Below, in pieces: positions 29,471-38,233 of a stretch of 56,483 nucleotides of DNA. The DNA is from a virus (lineage: Duplodnaviria; Caudoviricetes), in the IMG/VR virus record IMGVR_UViG_3300031227_000050, positions 1-56,483 of that record. The stretch is one strand, 5' to 3'. The notes beneath the pieces are model-generated. The model saw nothing but the letters and a program-made list of their open reading frames with translations, was not told the origin of the DNA and searched no databases. Numbering within the stretch: the first letter of the stretch is position 1; each line of letters opens with the position of its first letter. The translations under genes and the position numbers were made by a program.

Positions 29471-30114
29471 TACGGAATTGCCGGTTGCTCAATAGCTAGA
29501 CATACTTCGCCATTTTGTGCTATTAGTTTATCCATATCACTATTAGTAATATAAGCCCGTCCCTGTCTACCCCAATCTCTTCCCCAACTGTTCTTCATAC
29601 GAAAGCGCTTATACTTTGATGAATAGCCAGTAAGAAGGTATGCATGTCCACCATATACTTGACCACTTACTCTTAAATAACCTTTCTTATCTGGTACCAT
29701 CATACCTTCATACCAATTAGTTCCTACTACTACCGGCCCTTCTTCTAAAAGTGTAGCTGCTAAAGTATTAACATCCCAACACCAATTATAGGCGCGGATT
29801 AAACCAATACGTTGAAGGATTTTAGCACCAGCTCTAACACTAGTACCTTGTTCACCATCATCTTCCCACTCATCTACCATTGTAGCTAACGAATATAGCC
29901 CATCTGGATTTACGAAATTTAGTATAGGACTATTAATAAGCCAATGTGCCCACGCATAACCTACACAATGAGGTGTTTGACCTTGGTTACCCCACCATCT
30001 AGTGTCTCGCCAGTATCTCTCAGTTCTCTTAGATGTACCACGTCTTAGACGAAATTTTATATCTCTTTTATCTTCGGCAAATCTTCTACCGAACTTGAAT
30101 TTATCTGTGTTCAT
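29470..30114 (-). CDS. papain-family (C1) cysteine peptidase
   Basis: NQGQTPHCVG, GGHAY, KNSWGRDWG. Confidence 0.88.
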   Translation of the reverse strand: MNTDKFKFGRRFAEDKRDIKFRLRRGTSKRTERYWRDTRWWGNQGQTPHCVGYAWAHWLINSPILNFVNPDGLYSLATMVDEWEDDGEQGTSVRAGAKILQRIGLIRAYNWCWDVNTLAATLLEEGPVVVGTNWYEGMMVPDKKGYLRVSGQVYGGHAYLLTGYSSKYKRFRMKNSWGRDWGRQGRAYITNSDMDKLIAQNGEVCLAIEQPAIP

Positions 30115-31202
30115 TCGAATATCCTATTGTGAGTTCTGTTTACACGAACAAAGGAGGCACAGTCTCCTAAGTATCTTAAATCAGTTGCTCCAACATAGGC
30201 GCAACAACTGCGCAGTCCTCCTACGATTTCCTTTAGTATATCTGCAACTGGTCCTTTGTATGGCACTGATACTTTTTTACCTTCAGATGCAGTGTAATCC
30301 TTACGACCATTATGTTTGTCTTGGGCTGAGTAGGAAGACATACCATAGAAACTTAATGCCTTTTTGCCTCCCCGTCTTTCTTCTCTAATACTAATACCAA
30401 GCGTAGGATGTGTAGTACGTTCCCATTTGACATCATATTCCCATTCTCCATCACACTCGTCTGTCCCCGTCAGCATTCCGCCCACCATAACAAAGTCTGC
30501 GCCCGCCGCAAACGCTTTGCAAATATCTCCGGGGGTTCGACAGCCACCATCTGCACAGATTAAACCAAGGCGTCCCTCGTCGCTCTTGCGGCCATGTGCG
30601 GCGTCGGCACACTCCATGATTGCGGAAAGCTGAGGATAGCCCACACCGGCCACCAGTCTCGTAGTACACACACTCCCGCCACCAACTCCAATCTTAACTA
30701 TATCAGCACCATGGTCGATTAACCGTTCGACCATATTAGGGGTACATACATTGCCGGCTATAATAGTAAGCTCTTTACCATGTTTTTCGCGCATCTTAGA
30801 TACCAACTCAAGAAACTGATTTGTGTATCCATTAGCAACATCTAAACACACATATTTTGGAGGCATGTTATGGTTCATGGCATCCATACCGAAGCTTTCT
30901 ATATTATATCCGTCTTGTTGGTCTGTTAATGATTGTCCCATTTTATCAAGCACAGAATAATGTTTGTGTAATACGCAACCCATTTGATGGTCGCGCATCA
31001 CCTTGGCCATAGCAAACGTACCAGTAGTATCCATATTAGCCGCCAAGATAGGGACACCTTTCCATACATTAGACGAATGATAAAACTTAAACTCTCTAAC
31101 AAGGTTTACTGCTTTCCTACTAGCATTGATGCTACTCTTTGGTACAATAAGAACATCATCGAAGTCTAGTTTGACCCCATCTAAGATTTGTGCTTGTCCC
31201 AT
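30111..31202 (-). CDS. guaC: GMP reductase
   Basis: LDFDDVLI, AANMDT, LDVANGY, KIGVGGGSVCTTR, FYGMSS, ASEGK. Confidence 0.93.
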   Translation of the reverse strand: MGQAQILDGVKLDFDDVLIVPKSSINASRKAVNLVREFKFYHSSNVWKGVPILAANMDTTGTFAMAKVMRDHQMGCVLHKHYSVLDKMGQSLTDQQDGYNIESFGMDAMNHNMPPKYVCLDVANGYTNQFLELVSKMREKHGKELTIIAGNVCTPNMVERLIDHGADIVKIGVGGGSVCTTRLVAGVGYPQLSAIMECADAAHGRKSDEGRLGLICADGGCRTPGDICKAFAAGADFVMVGGMLTGTDECDGEWEYDVKWERTTHPTLGISIREERRGGKKALSFYGMSSYSAQDKHNGRKDYTASEGKKVSVPYKGPVADILKEIVGGLRSCCAYVGATDLRYLGDCASFVRVNRTHNRIFE

Positions 31203-32398
31203 TACTTGCCGTCCGTCCCGCCCTTTCGGGCCAAATAATCTGCGCTTACACTCTTCAAGATAACCCGTCCCAATATAGGAACAGTACGGTCTATAACTGG
31301 TTTGATTACTACTCCTTCGCGCCCTTTAAACTTACTCTTGGGATTTTCACATACCTCAGTAAGCCCATCGGTAAGCTCCCTAACTATCTCAGGAGAGTAG
31401 GTACCTATATATAGCTCTGGTACATGAGGAATACTATATTGATGACAAAGTTCTCTTACGTTTTGCCACATGATAAACTTACCACCAATGGTGATGTCAA
31501 ATACAGAAAAAGCTTTTGGCCCATCGTACTGCATATCCTGAATATCTTCTCCGTAAATCTCCCCATAGATAACTATAGGCTTCTGGTATAAGGTAAATAA
31601 GTCAGCCAACATCTTTTTGACTGGTGGATACTTCATGGGTGACCAATACAGACACTCATTACCATTAGTATCCTCTTGCTTACGGCGAGTATTATGAGAG
31701 CCCGCCATGAAAGTTGGTACCATCTCTCCATTCTCATCTGCATCTAGAGCAATGCCCAATCTACAGTTTGTATTGTGTACTATTATTCCTGACGCTACAA
31801 AATTATGGGTATCTTTAATTTGTAGGTCATATCTTTTATAAGACTGAACTAATTTTTTCTTCTTAATAAGTTTCATTTTTGTAACTTCTTTTTGTAAAAG
31901 GTCTTTAATATATCCTCTATAAATAGGTTTTAAATTATGTTGTTCAATTACTTCTTTGGTTAAATTTAAATGAACCCGTTGACCTACCTTTTGCTTGTTT
32001 TGCAATGTCAGATAACCTAATTTTCTATCTTTAACTATATGTAAAAGAATATAATCAGGCTCGGTTATTATATGCATTTCATATATTGGTTCTAGAACAT
32101 CAAAATTATATCTTGCAAATATCAATGGTTGTTTTGGATAATGAGGATAATTTGGACTAATAGTAGAACTATCTTTATCTATCATAGTGGTACTTTTAAC
32201 CTCAGCTTTCAATATTTTATTTGCTATAGATATATATACATCTCCTCCTTTACCATCTTTTTTTCTATGTCCATTAAATGCTAAAGCCACCAAACCTTCT
32301 GATATTTTTTCTGGCAAATTTGGTTTACGCTCATTTATATCAAAACATTTTCTATATGCTATATAAGCATTACACATTTCTCGTATTAATATAGGCAT
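31202..32398 (-). CDS. fusion: Bsp6I-like restriction endonuclease (aa 1-174) + C-intein (35 aa) + RNA ligase C-terminal half (189 aa)
   Basis: RKPNLPEKISE...GD...AEVKST; MKLIKK..RYDLQIKDTHNFVASGIIVHN|T; IYGEIYG, FSVFDI, REGVVIKP, RVILKSVSADYL. Confidence 0.88.
   Translation of the reverse strand: MPILIREMCNAYIAYRKCFDINERKPNLPEKISEGLVALAFNGHRKKDGKGGDVYISIANKILKAEVKSTTMIDKDSSTISPNYPHYPKQPLIFARYNFDVLEPIYEMHIITEPDYILLHIVKDRKLGYLTLQNKQKVGQRVHLNLTKEVIEQHNLKPIYRGYIKDLLQKEVTKMKLIKKKKLVQSYKRYDLQIKDTHNFVASGIIVHNTNCRLGIALDADENGEMVPTFMAGSHNTRRKQEDTNGNECLYWSPMKYPPVKKMLADLFTLYQKPIVIYGEIYGEDIQDMQYDGPKAFSVFDITIGGKFIMWQNVRELCHQYSIPHVPELYIGTYSPEIVRELTDGLTEVCENPKSKFKGREGVVIKPVIDRTVPILGRVILKSVSADYLARKGGTDGK
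31772..31876 (-). mobile_element. split intein C-half (IntC)
   Basis: block F/G YDLQI..THNF..SGIIVHN followed by Thr nucleophile; own Met at 31876. Confidence 0.9.
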
Positions 32399-33321
32399 TT
32401 AAGTATTCTATTGACTAATACTGGACATACAGAATTACCTGCTTGTTTATAAATTTGTCCATTGGCTACTGAATATTTGAATGTGCTTGGAAACCCCTGT
32501 AATAGTAAACATTCTTGTGGGGTTAATTTTCGTATCCCAAACCTATCCTTAATTAGAGGTACATTATGTCCACCAGTACCCATATTAGCAGTTAATGTAG
32601 GACATAAACCATTTTGATTTCTTCGTACATAAATTCTTCTAAGTTGATAAATGGCATCGTCAATAACATTGTCTTTTAACATATCATAGTACTGCGAATC
32701 AGTTTTATAATAATATCTACTTTCTTGTTTTATGTTTCTTTGTAGTATACTAGATATTTTAGAGGTTAATACTATTGGTAGCGGGAATTGAAACGTTGTT
32801 GTTTTACCATGAATACCAACAAAAAACATACGCTTTCTACATTGTGGAATATTAGTATGTGTATCTAAATCTACGACATCAGTAAAAACAGAATATCCTA
32901 CTTGTTCTAAGGCTGATATAATATTAGTATAGTCCTGACCTCCATTAGTATTCTTAATATTGGCAACATTTTCAAAAATGAAATATTTGGGTTGATGATA
33001 TTTTAAAATTTCAATCAAATAATTAATTAGAATACCTCTACTATCCTTAGACCCCAATTTATTACCAGCTAAGCTAAATGATTGACATGGAAACCCGCCA
33101 GTTAATAAATTGTGTGCTGGCAATGCTCTTATATTTACCTTGGTTATGTCACCAAACATTGGTATATCTAGAAAATTTTCTTGGTAAGTTTGACAAGCAT
33201 ATTTATCATATTCTATAGCACCAACACATTTAAAATCCATATCAAGTTCACCACATGCTTGTTTAACACCAAGATGAAATCCACCAATTCCAGCAAACGC
33301 ATCTAACAATTTAATTTTCAT
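32386..33321 (-). CDS. C5-cytosine DNA methyltransferase, M.Bsp6I-like (predicted GCNGC)
   Basis: FAGIGG, GGFPCQ, ENV, QCRKR, RKLTPQEC, YKQAGNSV; TRD IYQLRRIYVR...CPTLTANMGTGGHNVP resembles M.Bsp6I as recalled. Confidence 0.9.
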   Translation of the reverse strand: MKIKLLDAFAGIGGFHLGVKQACGELDMDFKCVGAIEYDKYACQTYQENFLDIPMFGDITKVNIRALPAHNLLTGGFPCQSFSLAGNKLGSKDSRGILINYLIEILKYHQPKYFIFENVANIKNTNGGQDYTNIISALEQVGYSVFTDVVDLDTHTNIPQCRKRMFFVGIHGKTTTFQFPLPIVLTSKISSILQRNIKQESRYYYKTDSQYYDMLKDNVIDDAIYQLRRIYVRRNQNGLCPTLTANMGTGGHNVPLIKDRFGIRKLTPQECLLLQGFPSTFKYSVANGQIYKQAGNSVCPVLVNRILKCLY

Positions 33322-34076
33322 TTTCTATCTCCATCAGTCCACTTAATTTTAGTTACATCATATTCTTTATTTGATTTATGTTGCTTAGCAACTAAGTTAC
33401 ACCAAAAAATCAGCTCATCATTATCTAATACCGATTTAATTCTATTAAGTCTTTTATGAATAATTTGTATATTACCTTCCTTATAGCCCTCACTATTATC
33501 TATCCTATCTAATGAAGCCGTTTGTATACTTTTATCTTGATTTCTACAAAAAAATACATCAACACCAGATAAAGCACATTTTTTATTTTGCCTTAACCAC
33601 AACTCATAAACATCTTTGGCTATTATATCAAACTGTAAACCTCTTTCTTCTGCGTGATATTTTAGTCTACGAAACCATGAACCTGATACATCTTCATATC
33701 CCTTAAAGTTTACAATAGAACAATAGCCACAAGATTTTGTTAAACCACGCTTTAGTGATGAGGCATTAATCATTTTAGTTCTACCGCACGCACATTTACA
33801 ACTCCACCTACGCTTGCCATGAGCATCTGGGCTAACCACATGTTTAACTGTAAGTTTTCCAAACGTTCGATTAGATAGGTCATCATCAGGATTATTAACC
33901 AATCTAGCTTTATACCTAGCATCTTTCACATCTTCATATATATCATATTTTTTACAATATTTTATGATAGTTTGCTTGCTATACTTAACCTCTTCAGATA
34001 ACTTAGCCAAAGACTTAAGATTTGCTATTAATTCTTGAACTAACAACTCTTCTGTTAATACATCTTTACATTTCAT
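33318..34076 (-). CDS. free-standing HNH/His-Me homing endonuclease
   Basis: FGKLTV...WSCKCACG...KSCG; KCALSG...ASLDRIDNSEGYKEGNIQ...NRIK. Confidence 0.85.
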   Translation of the reverse strand: MKCKDVLTEELLVQELIANLKSLAKLSEEVKYSKQTIIKYCKKYDIYEDVKDARYKARLVNNPDDDLSNRTFGKLTVKHVVSPDAHGKRRWSCKCACGRTKMINASSLKRGLTKSCGYCSIVNFKGYEDVSGSWFRRLKYHAEERGLQFDIIAKDVYELWLRQNKKCALSGVDVFFCRNQDKSIQTASLDRIDNSEGYKEGNIQIIHKRLNRIKSVLDNDELIFWCNLVAKQHKSNKEYDVTKIKWTDGDRK

Positions 34077-34115
34077 GAGAACATCCTTTGTGTAAAATAC
34101 TGAAAACTCAGTATA

Positions 34116-34415
34116 TTATACACTAGATTCTCCCAAAACGATATGATTTTCTGTTAAATCTCGGGCTTTTATCCAGCCATCGGTAGTCAATACCGGATGG
34201 TCTTCGGTACAAACCAATGTCTGCCCATTATCAAACTCAAGTTCAAACCAATCTAATTGGTCGGTTTCATCCTGAACTAACACTCCCTCAACATCTGAGT
34301 GTGTAAATAACCCCTTGTCTACATCATATGTTTTAACTTTTTCTCCAACCACAATATCTTTGATGGGTTTTTGTGTACCATCAGACATAGTTACTAAAGA
34401 GTCTTCACGAAGACA
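34116..34415 (-). mobile_element. split intein N-half (IntN)
   Basis: CLREDSLVTMSDG..KPIKDI.VGEKV...LVCTEDHPVLT..GWIKARDL, then stop. Confidence 0.92.
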
Positions 34416-34946
34416 CCCATGAATCTTCTCAGTTATTACTACTTCTTCATCCTCTAACCACACATCAGGATAATTACCCCAATGTTCTATAGAAGTATAC
34501 TTAGGAAACTGAGGATTGTCTTTCATCACATCACCCTGGGTAGACTTAACGGGTGGTTCCCATTTGGTGATACCTAATGCATCTATTACATCAGCACTAT
34601 CTATTTTAGTATTACCATTATTCGAAGTATATTCTAAGAACGATTTCATCGTCATTATTGTTCCATATGATACTTCACCTCTCAGCCTAGCTGCTTTTAC
34701 TCTCCGAGCATTTGTGTTAAATGACTTAGGTAACTCTGCACAATACTTAGTAATGTTCAGGTACTCATGTAATAGTGCAGGAAGAATAGCATCTGGTGGG
34801 ATGAACACAACTAAGTCTCCGGGACTCAATAGGTCTTTCTGTACTATAACAGACCATCCTTTGACCGTAGCTATTTCTAGCCGGTCTGCATTGGGGTGGG
34901 GCTGAATATCCTTAACGGATGTTATTTCAACGATTAGCTTTGACAT
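34116..34946 (-). CDS. RNA ligase (DRB0094 family) N-terminal half (177 aa) + N-intein (99 aa)
   Basis: PHPNADRLEIA, GDLVVFIPPDA, RLRGEVSYG, LGITKWEPP, FPKYT, ITEKIHG|CL. Confidence 0.92.
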   Translation of the reverse strand: MSKLIVEITSVKDIQPHPNADRLEIATVKGWSVIVQKDLLSPGDLVVFIPPDAILPALLHEYLNITKYCAELPKSFNTNARRVKAARLRGEVSYGTIMTMKSFLEYTSNNGNTKIDSADVIDALGITKWEPPVKSTQGDVMKDNPQFPKYTSIEHWGNYPDVWLEDEEVVITEKIHGCLREDSLVTMSDGTQKPIKDIVVGEKVKTYDVDKGLFTHSDVEGVLVQDETDQLDWFELEFDNGQTLVCTEDHPVLTTDGWIKARDLTENHIVLGESSV

Positions 34947-34964
34947 TGTGTTCCTCGTATTCTG

Positions 34965-35735
34965 TTATAAGTATTGCATCCAACCTTTTAAATCTTTATC
35001 TTCTTTGACCGGTTTGCCCTTTTCGAAGACTATCTTATTATCTAACACTGCTTTGACCTTTGTTCTATCGAAGGTAATGTTTGGTAAGATTCCCTCTAAG
35101 GCGTCTACTATTTCATCAGTATCAAAATGTGGCTTATAATCTATGACTAAATCTATATCATGGCGGGCTTCATCGAGGGCATCCATTGATGCTGACCACA
35201 TTCTTAATAAGTCTGGTAGTGTTATGGTTGCCCATTCCTGTTTCATGTATGAGCGCGCACATTCTCCAAAATTTCTAGCACAGTAAATGATTTTAGAACT
35301 GGGCAACAACCATTTAAGAAACTGTATATCTTCTGGTGTATTAAACAGAGATTTACATCCTACATATTTGGTTTTGAAAATGTCTCGATTTAAATTTTCT
35401 GCTCGTTGGGGAGATAACAATATTTGACTTATATATACGCCATATGCTTTAGTGTAAGCATCTCTTGCTTCTCCAAGGTTGGCTTGCCAACACGAGTTAT
35501 TTATTCTAAATTCTGCATCTTGTTTTGTGGCTGCCTCCCTACGACCATTTTGTGATGCAATAGTTACTCTTCCAAGCTTAATTATATTATTGTCTTCTCC
35601 GTATATCAAAATTTCTGGGTGTGAGTTAAGCACTCGTTGCATTAATGTACTACCACACCTATATATAGGCCCACATACAAAGACAACCTTTGGTGCATAA
35701 GGTATTTGTTCTTCAGTCGTAGTATTGTCGCACAT
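34965..35735 (-). CDS. sulfotransferase-family protein
   Basis: FVCGPIYRCGSTLMQRVLNSHPEI; KIIYCARN...RSY. Confidence 0.8.
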   Translation of the reverse strand: MCDNTTTEEQIPYAPKVVFVCGPIYRCGSTLMQRVLNSHPEILIYGEDNNIIKLGRVTIASQNGRREAATKQDAEFRINNSCWQANLGEARDAYTKAYGVYISQILLSPQRAENLNRDIFKTKYVGCKSLFNTPEDIQFLKWLLPSSKIIYCARNFGECARSYMKQEWATITLPDLLRMWSASMDALDEARHDIDLVIDYKPHFDTDEIVDALEGILPNITFDRTKVKAVLDNKIVFEKGKPVKEDKDLKGWMQYL

Positions 35736-36075
35736 TTCTTACATATTCCTTTAAAAGTGCAGCAATAGATTGACCATTTATCCAAAGTGCGCCAATCAAT
35801 CTATTAAAACTATTGATATCAGTTAATTTTATACTACTTTTACCTGCCGGAATCCACAGTGTTGCATTACAACCCTGGAGTATACCGATTAGATACTCTT
35901 TGACTTTTCGCCCAAGCTTAGTGTTAAGCTCAGGCATATTAAATTGATTATCTAGGTCATCAGGGTCAATAAATCTTACCGGAAAGCGTCGTGTGATTTC
36001 CACCACAGCAGTGTCTCCATCAATAACTCGAATCACCTTTACTTTTGTAATAAAACCTTCTGGTGGTACTACCAT
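35713..36075 (-). CDS. thermonuclease (SNase-like)
   Basis: VIRVIDGDT, MPEL, FNRLIG. Confidence 0.75.
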   Translation of the reverse strand: MVVPPEGFITKVKVIRVIDGDTAVVEITRRFPVRFIDPDDLDNQFNMPELNTKLGRKVKEYLIGILQGCNATLWIPAGKSSIKLTDINSFNRLIGALWINGQSIAALLKEYVRNVRQYYD

Positions 36076-36272
36076 GGGTTTGTCCTCTGTAGGCGGATAA
36101 TTCTAATACCAAAGACATACATATCAGTATAACCTATTAATGAATCATTTGGGTCTTCATAATATTTGACATTTCTAGTAGCAAAAGGTATCATACAGTA
36201 GGTTAGTTTAAACATACTATACATAGATTTTAACATAATCATTAATCTTTCTCCCATGGAAATACTATCCAT
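36069..36272 (-). CDS. hypothetical protein
   Basis: coupled ORF. Confidence 0.45.
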   Translation of the reverse strand: MDSISMGERLMIMLKSMYSMFKLTYCMIPFATRNVKYYEDPNDSLIGYTDMYVFGIRIIRLQRTNPW

Positions 36273-36682
36273 TTGTTTGGTTTAAGTGCGGCAAAATAAG
36301 CAGGACGGGGTAAAGTCCCCAATTTATAATATAACGAGGCTGTTGTAGCTGGGCCGAAATGATTGTAAAATAGACGTAGGGTGATTCCATCATCTACTAC
36401 ATCATCTACGACAAGGGGATTCTTCCAATCACAGATGCGGTAAGTTCCATGGTGGATGTTCACCCTGCCATGATATCTAGAAATGGTGACGTGACGAACA
36501 GGAATTTGTAAGCGGCGTGCAATACGTTTGCCTATTTGTCGTCCACCTCTAGCGATGTAAACAACAACGTCGAACGGGTCTTGTAGGTGAGCCCATTCAA
36601 CATGTTTGGTGAGTTTACGTATTAACTTGATACATTCTCTACCACCCAAATAACATTCTTCGACTTGACTTACTGTTCCCAT
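36242..36682 (-). CDS. phosphoribosyltransferase
   Basis: IARGG, LVVDDVVDDGITL, WIVFPWE. Confidence 0.88.
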   Translation of the reverse strand: MGTVSQVEECYLGGRECIKLIRKLTKHVEWAHLQDPFDVVVYIARGGRQIGKRIARRLQIPVRHVTISRYHGRVNIHHGTYRICDWKNPLVVDDVVDDGITLRLFYNHFGPATTASLYYKLGTLPRPAYFAALKPNKWIVFPWEKD

Positions 36683-36897
36683 GGGGGTTTATCTCCTTCT
36701 TTCCACCAGGTATCGTCGCCATCATTTTCTTTTTGTCTCTGTATCGTACAGTCTACTAACCAATGAATAAATTTATCAAAATTAACCACCATAACTACAT
36801 CTTTAGTTGTTACACCATGAAGTGTTACTGCTTCGGTATGGTCTCCTGTAAGTAATTTAACATCACTTGGTAATTTGGGTAGTTTGGGTAGTGCCAT
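36670..36897 (-). CDS. hypothetical protein
   Basis: ORF with AAGGA RBS. Confidence 0.55.
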   Translation of the reverse strand: MALPKLPKLPSDVKLLTGDHTEAVTLHGVTTKDVVMVVNFDKFIHWLVDCTIQRQKENDGDDTWWKEGDKPPWEQ

Positions 36898-36914
36898 AAC
36901 ATCCTTTCCAATAG

Positions 36915-36937
36915 AAAAAGCCCGCCGAAGCGAGCTT
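36915..36937 (-). terminator. intrinsic terminator closing the tRNA operon
   Basis: AAGCTCGC-TTCG-GCGGGCTTTTT. Confidence 0.8.
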
Positions 36938-36950
36938 GTAGTGTTGTAAG

Positions 36951-37022
36951 AGCCCTATGAAGGAATCGAGCCTTCTTTCATACCTTACCAAGGTATTGTA
37001 ATAACCATTATACGAATAGGGC
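36951..37022 (-). tRNA. tRNA-Thr(GGT)
   Basis: ATACC-TT-GGT-AA-GGTAT; T-loop CTCGATT. Confidence 0.85.
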
Positions 37023-37025
37023 CAA

Positions 37026-37087
37026 ATACACGGAATGAATTGGTGAACTCCATTATCAGATGGAATGATAAGGTGAACTCCATGTAT
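37026..37087. repeat. 62-nt dispersed structured repeat, copy B
   Basis: GGAATGA-N5-TGAACTCC twice, with covarying stems. Confidence 0.85.
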
Positions 37088-37092
37088 GAAAA

Positions 37093-37192
37093 AAGGAGAG
37101 ATAGGGCTCGAACCTATGCTGGGCAAACCAGTATGCGCTCTAGAACTAACACTGGATGAAGATACCGACTTCTTCATTATAGCAACTCTCCT
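37093..37192 (-). ncRNA. non-canonical tRNA-like RNA
   Basis: acceptor AGGAGAG/CTCTCCT, T arm ATAGG-TTCGAGC-CCTAT, variable arm, 7-bp extra hairpin; anticodon not assignable. Confidence 0.55.
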
Positions 37193-37198
37193 AAACAG

Positions 37199-37269
37199 CA
37201 GAGGTAGAAGGAGTTGAGCCTTCTCTTATTGATTCAAAGTCAACCGTGCAACCCTTACACTATACCTCT
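37199..37269 (-). tRNA. tRNA-Gln(TTG)
   Basis: GTTGA-CT-TTG-AA-TCAAT; acceptor AGAGGTA/TACCTCT. Confidence 0.85.
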
Positions 37270-37393
37270 GTATCCCACCACCGACCCCTTTAATGAACCC
37301 TTACAGATTCATTAAAGTCACCGCCACTACATCGAGAACGTCCTTATCCTTAGTCGGGGAAACTAAGGCTCAGGGCTCCCCAGCCCTTCTGGA

Positions 37394-37777
37394 CTAATCC
37401 TCGAATAGTATTATTTTAACTTTTACATCACCAGATGCATCTGGATTAGCTTGTGCTCTTATTGAACCAGATGGCATCACGCGTATCCATGCTTCTTCCC
37501 CAGCTAGTAGCTTACCAAATTCTACCATAGCCCCAGAAAGTGTTGGGCCATAAGTAACAAAGTTGGTATCATCTAGGTTTTTAAGATACATGAAACCCTG
37601 AGTAACAATGTCTCCTACTCCTAGGATTTCTTCAGCAGCATAACCAACTGTAATTACTGGGGCATATGAACCCAGTGTGGTCTGGTCAAATTTATTTGAA
37701 CCAGTGTCTCCCCATTTTTCAGTCAGTTCGCCGTTAACCAGCTTACCTTTAAGTGTTACATCAAATTCTTCAGTCAT
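37394..37777 (-). CDS. hypothetical beta-rich protein
   Basis: YLKNLDDTNFV motif; possibly structural. Confidence 0.6.
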   Translation of the reverse strand: MTEEFDVTLKGKLVNGELTEKWGDTGSNKFDQTTLGSYAPVITVGYAAEEILGVGDIVTQGFMYLKNLDDTNFVTYGPTLSGAMVEFGKLLAGEEAWIRVMPSGSIRAQANPDASGDVKVKIILFED

Positions 37778-37950
37778 TGTTAGGTACTTTATGTAAGGAC
37801 ATAGTATTATTTGTTATGTCCTAACATTAGTATCCTAATTTATCTTACTGCATAAAACGCACATATACTCAAGATATACAGAGCAAAGAAAAGAGTTGCA
37901 ATTACAATATCTAAGTCTTTGCTATTTATATACATGATTGTTCCTTTAAG

Positions 37951-38021
37951 CTACCCCTTTAGGATTCGGACCTAAACTAAAAGATTCAGAGTCTTTTGTG
38001 CTACCGTTACACTAAAGGGTA
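37951..38021 (-). tRNA. tRNA-Gln(CTG)
   Basis: AAAGA-CT-CTG-AA-TCTTT. Confidence 0.85.
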
Positions 38022-38027
38022 ATAAAG

Positions 38028-38115
38028 TTGCGGGCCAAGGAGTCGAACCTAGAATCTTCAGCTTATGAGGCTGACAAGGCGAGCAACTTAATGCTTCCGC
38101 GCCTAACCACCCGCA
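38028..38115 (-). tRNA. tRNA-Met(CAT), initiator-like acceptor, enlarged D arm
   Basis: TCAGC-CT-CAT-AA-GCTGA; TGCGGGT/GCCCGCA; extra hairpin in the D loop. Confidence 0.75.
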
Positions 38116-38117
38116 AG

Positions 38118-38188
38118 TAGCGGAGAAGGGGGTCGAACCCTTTTGGCATCCTTATGAGGGATACTGTGTTAACCGAACACACACCGCT
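38118..38188 (-). tRNA. tRNA-Met(CAT)
   Basis: TATCC-CT-CAT-AA-GGATG. Confidence 0.8.
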
Positions 38189-38233
38189 ATATCCAAAATG
38201 AGATGAATATGTTTAAATTTTAACTATACTGTA

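Noticed and set aside
36863-37177. ORFs 36863-37177 and 40036-40266
   Set aside because: They read through tRNAs and the 62-nt repeat; their shared peptides reflect the repeat
37093-37192. Genome-wide TAG recoding supported by a CUA tRNA
   Set aside because: Long genes are uninterrupted in the standard code and TAG ends genes at sensible positions (e.g. recA at 7022)
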